A DNA stretch of 64,000 nucleotides, taken from positions 960,001-1,024,000 of the forward strand of contig CBDCXM010000009.1 in NCBI GenBank assembly GCA_965223855.1. Direction: 5' to 3'. The first letter of the stretch is position 1, and each line of letters starts with the position of its first letter. Under the pieces are notes generated by a model. That model searched no databases, had not been told where the DNA came from, and saw nothing but the letters and a program-made list of their open reading frames with translations. Positions 58,749 through 64,000 of this stretch are shown piece after piece. The stretch comes from Candidatus Multivoradales bacterium. Lineage in GTDB: Bacteria; Acidobacteriota; Thermoanaerobaculia; Multivoradales; JAHEKO01. The translations under genes were made by a program, and so were the position numbers.

Positions 58749-60146
58749 ATGCGGGCAAGAGAACTCAGAGAGATCGGCTTCCCGGCCGGGGAGTCCACCA
58801 GGGCGGCGCTCGAGACCGCAGGGGCTCTGCGCAAGCAGGGCCGCAGCGTGCGCCAGATCCGCGACGCCTTTGCCGAGCTGGTGGCGGCGCCGGAGAGCTT
58901 CGTCGACGACGAGGCTCTGGGTGCCCTGGCGGCCATGGTGGTCGAGAAGCGCGCTGCCGAGGCGAGCTTCGTGCCGCGCGACGAACCGGCGCCGTATCGC
59001 CGCTGGGGTGACGACCTGGAGGAGCAGTCGATCCGCCAGATGGAGAACGCCTGCGCCCTGCCGGTGGCGGTGCGCGGTGCCCTGATGCCGGACGCTCACC
59101 TCGGCTACGGCCTGCCGATCGGCGGCGTACTGGCGGCCCGCAACGCGGTGATCCCGTACGCCGTCGGCGTCGACATCGCCTGCCGGGTGAAGATGACCGT
59201 GCTCGACCTGCCGACCACGGCGATCGAGGACGAGGCCGACCGCCTCAAGAGCGCGCTGGCTCGCGAGACGCAGTTCGGCATCGGGGCGAGCTTCAAGCGC
59301 CGCCGTGAGCACGCGGTGATGGACGCCGACTGGGGCGTCACGCCGGTGACGCGCGGTCTCAAGGATCGCGCCTGGGCGCAGCTCGGCACCAGCGGCTCGG
59401 GCAACCACTTCGTCGAGTTCGGGGTGCTGACGATCGACAACGACGAGCTGCCACTCGAGCATGGCGAGTACCTGGCACTGCTGAGCCACAGCGGCTCGCG
59501 CGGTGCGGGTGCCGCGGTCGCGAGCCACTACAGCAAGCTGGCGGCGCGCCTCCACCCGGAGCTGCCGCGCGAGCTCGGCCACCTGTCGTGGCTCGACCTC
59601 GACACCGAGGAGGGCGACGACTACTGGCAGGCGATGAGCCTGATGGGCGAGTACGCCTCGGCGAACCACGCCTGCATCCATCGCCATGTCGCGGCCAGCC
59701 TCGGTGCCGAGGTGCGGCTCGACCTAGAGAACCATCACAACTTCGCCTGGAAGGAGGTCCACGACGGCGAGGAGGTGATCGTCCATCGCAAGGGGGCGAC
59801 GCCGGCGGGCGAGGGTGTGCTCGGCATCATCCCCGGCTCGATGGCGACCGAGACGTACGTGGTGCGTGGACGCGGCAGCGACGAGTCGCTGCATTCCGCG
59901 GCACACGGTGCCGGTCGGGTCATGAGCCGTACGCAGGCGAAGAAGACGCTCAACTGGGAGGAGGCGCGAGCCTTCCTCACGGAACGGAAGGTCACCCTGC
60001 TCTCGGCCGGGCTCGACGAAGTCCCCGCGGTCTATAAGGACATCCACTCGGTGATGGCCGCTCAGGCCGATCTGGTGGATCCGCTGGCGACCTTCCAGCC
60101 TCGGATCGTCAAGATGGCGCGCGCCGGAGAGCGGCCGGAGGACTGA
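58749..60146 (+). CDS. rtcB: RtcB RNA ligase (3'-phosphate/cyclic-phosphate to 5'-OH)
   Basis: MPDAHLGYGLPIGG, VGVDIAC, GTSGSGNHF, HSGSRG, HHN, HRKGAT, PGSM, HGAGR, DEVP..YK. Confidence 0.95.
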   Translation: MRARELREIGFPAGESTRAALETAGALRKQGRSVRQIRDAFAELVAAPESFVDDEALGALAAMVVEKRAAEASFVPRDEPAPYRRWGDDLEEQSIRQMENACALPVAVRGALMPDAHLGYGLPIGGVLAARNAVIPYAVGVDIACRVKMTVLDLPTTAIEDEADRLKSALARETQFGIGASFKRRREHAVMDADWGVTPVTRGLKDRAWAQLGTSGSGNHFVEFGVLTIDNDELPLEHGEYLALLSHSGSRGAGAAVASHYSKLAARLHPELPRELGHLSWLDLDTEEGDDYWQAMSLMGEYASANHACIHRHVAASLGAEVRLDLENHHNFAWKEVHDGEEVIVHRKGATPAGEGVLGIIPGSMATETYVVRGRGSDESLHSAAHGAGRVMSRTQAKKTLNWEEARAFLTERKVTLLSAGLDEVPAVYKDIHSVMAAQADLVDPLATFQPRIVKMARAGERPED

Positions 60147-60173
60147 CCCTGGCCGTCCTCTCCGGACCGGCGT

Positions 60174-60461
60174 TCAGTAGTGGTAGCGGGCCTGCAGGAA
60201 CCGCACCGTGGTGTCAGTCACGGCGTAGACCACGCGATGCTCCTGCGTCAGGCGGCGCGACCACAGGCCCCTCAGTTGGCCCCGGAGCGGCTCCGGCTTG
60301 CCGATGCCGTTGAACGGGTCGCGTAGGGTCTCACGGACGATTCGCACGAGCCGAAGCGCGGTCCTGCGGTCGGTGCGGATCCAGTGATCGAGATCCTCGA
60401 GAAACCCGCCGGCGAAGACGGCGCTTCGGTCAGGACTGCGATCAGCGCTGAGACCGCCCAT
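60174..60461 (-). CDS. yoeB: Txe/YoeB family toxin
   Basis: RDPF.GIGKPEPL...GLWSRRLTQEHR.VY...QARYHY. Confidence 0.95.
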   Translation of the reverse strand: MGGLSADRSPDRSAVFAGGFLEDLDHWIRTDRRTALRLVRIVRETLRDPFNGIGKPEPLRGQLRGLWSRRLTQEHRVVYAVTDTTVRFLQARYHY

Positions 60462-60735
60462 CGCGATCGAAGCGCCGCTCCAGATCCTCTACTGTGAGTT
60501 CGACCCCCCCGCCGCCACCCACCTCCTCGAGAGCGGCGGCGAGTCTCTCGGCGTTGCGAGGCGAACGCAGCAGGTGCGCCGTCTCCTCCAGCCCGACCAG
60601 CTCGTCGACGCTCACCAGAGCCACGTCGGTACCGGACTTGCGGCGGACGAGGATCGGCTCGCCGTTTTCGGCCACCTCGTCGCAGTAGGACTTCAGGTGA
60701 GCACGCAGGTCGCTGTAGGTCGTGACCCTGAGCAT
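60442..60735 (-). CDS. yefM: Phd/YefM antitoxin
   Basis: TYSDLRAHL...D.V, LEETAHLLRSPRNA.RL; overlaps yoeB. Confidence 0.93.
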   Translation of the reverse strand: MLRVTTYSDLRAHLKSYCDEVAENGEPILVRRKSGTDVALVSVDELVGLEETAHLLRSPRNAERLAAALEEVGGGGGVELTVEDLERRFDRDGRSQR

Positions 60736-60741
60736 GCTGGG

Positions 60742-60761
60742 ATTGTACAACAAACCGTACA
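60742..60761 (-). promoter_or_regulatory. yefM-yoeB -10 box (TACAAT) overlapped by operator palindromes
   Basis: TGTACA (60744-60749) and CGTACA (60756-60761), 12 bp centre to centre; TACAAT lies 6 nt before the ATG. Confidence 0.75.
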
Positions 60762-60811
60762 GCTCGGTCGCTGCCGACGCCGATCGGCAGGCATCGCTGC
60801 GCGTGCTCCCT

Positions 60812-62545
60812 TCAGGACGAGCCGTTTCGCACCGGCATCGCCAGTGCGGCCATCTCTTCTGCATTCCGCACGTAGAGGCGGTCACCCACCAGCGCCGGGT
60901 GGTTCCAGGTCTTGCCTTCGATCGCTTGGAGGCGCGCCAGCTCTTCGAGCTTGTCGGGGTTGGTGCGCAGCAGCACGACCTCGCCCTTCTCCGAGAGCAC
61001 CAGCAACTGGCCGGCATCGGGCAGCAGCAGGACTTGGCCGTTGCCGTAGCGCCCCCCCTTCCAGCGCCGCTCGCCAGTCTCGAGATCGACGGCGGCGAGG
61101 ATGTTGGGGTCGAAGCCGTAAAGCACGCCGTCGTGGGCGACGTAGTCGTTGAAGCCCGACTTCATCGATCTCGACGTCCAGAGCGGCTCGGTCGTGAGGC
61201 TAGCGCCGCTGTCGCTGAAATCGACACGCCGGGTCCCCTCGAAGTCGCTCGTCATGAGGAGTGACGAGCGGCCCACCGAGAGCGGCTGCAGCACCCGGTA
61301 GTTGTTGTGCGGCCAGTCGTGTTTGCCGACCACCTTGCCGCTTGCCGGATCGATCAGGGTGAGCGCGGCGTCGCACACCTGGGCGACCACCTTGCGGTCG
61401 GCGACTTCCAGCAACTGCGGCGAGCTGTAGCTGTGGCCGCCGGCCGGGACTCCCCACCGGATCCGGCCGTCCTCCACGTCGTAGGCGATCGTCCCGCGAT
61501 CGCCCTCGCCGCCCGCGTGGACGACGACGACTCCCGCGACCACGAGGGGTGACGACGAGAAGCCCCAGGTCGGCGGCTCGCGGTCGGCGTCCTCGCGCAG
61601 ATCGGCCTGCCAAACGACCTTCCCGGTCGCCGGGTCGAGCCGGTGCAACAGCCCCTCGGCGCCCAGCGCGAACAGCATGCCGTCGGCGAGCGTCGGCGTT
61701 GCCCGAGGACCGGCACCGCCCAGCGACTCGAAGAAGCGCGAGCGGTACTCGCGCGCCCATATCTCGCCGCCGGTTTCGGTGTCGTAGGCGACGACGGCCT
61801 CGAACTCGCCGCGCTGCTCCTGGGTGAAGAGCCGCCGCCCGGCGACGGCGAACGATGACCAGCCGGGACCGATCGGTCTGCTCCACAGCATGCGCGGTGC
61901 CTCGGACTCCCAGTCCTCCGCCAGAGCGACCCCGCGAACCACACTGTCGCGATCCGATCCCCTGAACCCGGCCCAGTCGGCGGGAGGCACGGTGGTCGGC
62001 AGACCGGTCGCGGTGGCCGCTGCGTCGCGCCCGGCCAGATAGCGGTCCTCGGTCGTCGGCTCCCAGCGCCAGGCGCGCTGCGATTGGAAGTCACCCCAGA
62101 CTCCGTCCATCCGCATCAGGCACCAGAAGGCGCACGACAGCGCGACCGCAGCGAGCGCCACCGTGGTGCGCGAAAGCCGCGGCAGCCACTTCGAGCCCAC
62201 GAGACCCGCGACGAACGCCGTCCCCGCCCATGGCAGCACCATCGAGAGGACCGGGTAGTCGCGCATCGTCGGGTGGAGGAAGAACGCGGTCGCCACCAGC
62301 AGCACCACCACCCCGCCGAATCCCACCAGCTTCTCGCGTCGGGTTGCCCTGCTGCCCGCCACCCACCAGACGAAGATCAGGATCACACACAGCACCGGGC
62401 CGAGGAAGGCCGCCATGAAGACCGCCATCGGCGGCTCGGCGAAGAGCTTGGGCAGGAAGGCCAGGCCCCACTGCAGCGCCAGCAGCGTGAGGGCCGGCCA
62501 GAGACGAAGAGATGGAAGAGTTCGTGCGACGGGCTCTGAGGGCAT
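60812..62545 (-). CDS. Membrane protein with a PQQ-binding-like beta-propeller
   Basis: About five TM segments then WAGFRG..RD, GWSS, GPRATPT, SYSSP, KTWNHP..LYVRN; GGAGGA RBS. Confidence 0.88.
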   Translation of the reverse strand: MPSEPVARTLPSLRLWPALTLLALQWGLAFLPKLFAEPPMAVFMAAFLGPVLCVILIFVWWVAGSRATRREKLVGFGGVVVLLVATAFFLHPTMRDYPVLSMVLPWAGTAFVAGLVGSKWLPRLSRTTVALAAVALSCAFWCLMRMDGVWGDFQSQRAWRWEPTTEDRYLAGRDAAATATGLPTTVPPADWAGFRGSDRDSVVRGVALAEDWESEAPRMLWSRPIGPGWSSFAVAGRRLFTQEQRGEFEAVVAYDTETGGEIWAREYRSRFFESLGGAGPRATPTLADGMLFALGAEGLLHRLDPATGKVVWQADLREDADREPPTWGFSSSPLVVAGVVVVHAGGEGDRGTIAYDVEDGRIRWGVPAGGHSYSSPQLLEVADRKVVAQVCDAALTLIDPASGKVVGKHDWPHNNYRVLQPLSVGRSSLLMTSDFEGTRRVDFSDSGASLTTEPLWTSRSMKSGFNDYVAHDGVLYGFDPNILAAVDLETGERRWKGGRYGNGQVLLLPDAGQLLVLSEKGEVVLLRTNPDKLEELARLQAIEGKTWNHPALVGDRLYVRNAEEMAALAMPVRNGSS

Positions 62546-62739
62546 GCTGTCCTCCGATGGGTAGCGGTGTTCGCAAGGATGGTAGCCGAGTGAGAGGAGC
62601 ATCAGGTGTCTTTCCCGTCTCGAACGCGCTTCTCGCCCGAGCGTCCTGCCCTCAGGCTCTCCGTCGATTCGGCCGGAAACCTGACATATGATTCGCTTTC
62701 GCCTTACCTTTGATTTCACGAAAACCAAGGGAGCGCCTC

Positions 62740-63432
62740 ATGTCTCGAAGAGTTATCGCCTGGCTCTGTTGTGCCGTCCTGTCCACCTGTCTCGCCTCGG
62801 CCCAGAGCTTCTCCGTCGATCCGAACGGCAGCCCCGGCGAGTCGCAGATCCCGCTGTCGCCCGGCCCGACGACGATCACCCAGAGCACCGACACGACGAC
62901 GATCACCGCGCTCAACTCCGTGGCGTGCCCGATCGATGACGACAACTTCGCCCGTCGATTCGATCTCGATGGTGATCACTCCATCGTCGGCCAGTTCGAT
63001 GTTTCCTCCGTCGACTTCGCTGTCGAGAGCGGGACGATCGGCGCCAGCCTCACCGTCAATCTCTATTCGATCGCGGCCAGCGACCCTCTCCTGGTAGCCA
63101 ACCTCACCCTGATCGGGACGGCGACCATCTCGGCGACGACCGCGGGCCCGGGCTTCGAGACGGTGGCCGTGGCCGGATCGATCGCCGACCCCACGACGAC
63201 CGACCTCTATGTGGAAATCTTCGTTCCCGACTCCACCCAGGCGTTCGTGTTCTTCCCGGGTTCGAACGCCAATGGCCAGATCGCCCCGAACTACCTGAGG
63301 TCTGCGGGCTGCGGAGCGGACGAACCCACCGCGACCGGGGATCTCGGCTTCCCGGACATGCATCTCGTGATGCTGGTCGACGGCACCGAGAATCAGATTC
63401 CGGTGACGCTCCAGAGCGTCGAGATCGAGTAG
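62740..63432 (+). CDS. Secreted beta-rich hypothetical protein ending IPVTLQSVEIE
   Basis: AAGGGAG RBS, signal peptide (ASA-Q), Thr/Ser-rich body. Confidence 0.7.
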   Translation: MSRRVIAWLCCAVLSTCLASAQSFSVDPNGSPGESQIPLSPGPTTITQSTDTTTITALNSVACPIDDDNFARRFDLDGDHSIVGQFDVSSVDFAVESGTIGASLTVNLYSIAASDPLLVANLTLIGTATISATTAGPGFETVAVAGSIADPTTTDLYVEIFVPDSTQAFVFFPGSNANGQIAPNYLRSAGCGADEPTATGDLGFPDMHLVMLVDGTENQIPVTLQSVEIE

Positions 63433-63452
63433 TTCGCAAGAGTCGGGAGCCT

Positions 63453-63474
63453 CGCGGCAGCTCGAGCTGCCGCG
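63453..63474. repeat. Perfect 22-bp palindrome downstream of the gene (possible terminator)
   Basis: CGCGGCAGCTCGAGCTGCCGCG. Confidence 0.6.
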
Positions 63475-63625
63475 CATCAGGCGTCACGGGGTGAAGGCCC
63501 TGGCGGGGCTCTGACCGGCAGAACGGGTTCTCCGAGGTTGAGCCCGGGTAACGGCTCCGCTCGAGCCGCTACCCGGGCGGCCCGGTGCTATCGTCGGGTC
63601 ACAACCCAACCCAAGGAGGGCTTCC

Positions 63626-64000
63626 ATGTCCCAACGAACCGTGCTGGCTGCGGTTGCCGGAGCGATCGCTCTGTTCGTGCTCGGCTACCTCGTCTACGCT
63701 CTCGCTCTCGCCGACTTCTTCGCCGCGCAGGGCGCCGATACCCTCGAGAGTCCCAACCTCGTCTACATCTTCATCGGCGAACTCGCCTTCGCCGTGCTGC
63801 TGACGTTCCTCTTTTCGTACTGGGCGTCGATCTCGACCTTCGCCGGCGGGTTCAAAGGCGGCGCGATCGTCGGCGCGCTGGTCTCGCTGTCGATGGGCAT
63901 GATCATGATGGGTGCGATGGGGATGGGGACGCCGATCGGCGTCGTCGCCGACGTGGTGGCCTCGATCGTGCGGGTCGGCATCGCCGGCGGCGTGATCGGG
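63626..64000 (+). CDS. Small multi-TM membrane protein, truncated by the window end
   Basis: AAGGAGG RBS; MSQRTVLAAVAGAIALFVLGYLVY..., open to the window end. Confidence 0.7.
   Translation, partial: MSQRTVLAAVAGAIALFVLGYLVYALALADFFAAQGADTLESPNLVYIFIGELAFAVLLTFLFSYWASISTFAGGFKGGAIVGALVSLSMGMIMMGAMGMGTPIGVVADVVASIVRVGIAGGVIG

Noticed and set aside
1-64000. tRNA, rRNA or prophage genes
   Set aside because: None recognised by eye; a covariance-model search would be needed to exclude small RNAs.

Overview
High-GC bacterial DNA, most likely Acidobacteriota (Thermoanaerobaculia-like). This is inferred from an acidobacterial-type VWA protein and repeated C-terminal FxDGFE(S/G)GDTSAWS tails. The backbone is mostly secreted or envelope hydrolases (sulfatase-like, SGNH, alpha/beta hydrolases, DUF885, DUF5916, PQQ-like propeller), plus partial nfo, rtcB and yefM-yoeB. 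Two accessory regions stand out. (1) 9956-14492 is a kinase-less signalling operon: two Roadblock/LC7 proteins, an extended MglA-type GTPase, a CheY-like receiver, a pseudo-receiver-DUF4388 and a pseudo-receiver-Roadblock fusion. (2) 24796-42700 is a polymorphic toxin locus: a 3610-aa Rhs toxin plus immunity gene, then an HUH/RAYT-type transposase bounded by 20-bp inverted repeats, an orphan Rhs tip split by an intact IS481, and small cassette-like genes punctuated by a conserved ~28-bp repeat. The duplicated Rhs core also shows a sharp C-rich to G-rich pivot. My best candidate for an undescribed system is HUH-nuclease-associated toxin-tip/immunity cassette shuffling, which is inference and untested. 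All family calls come from reading motifs by eye; no database search was run.
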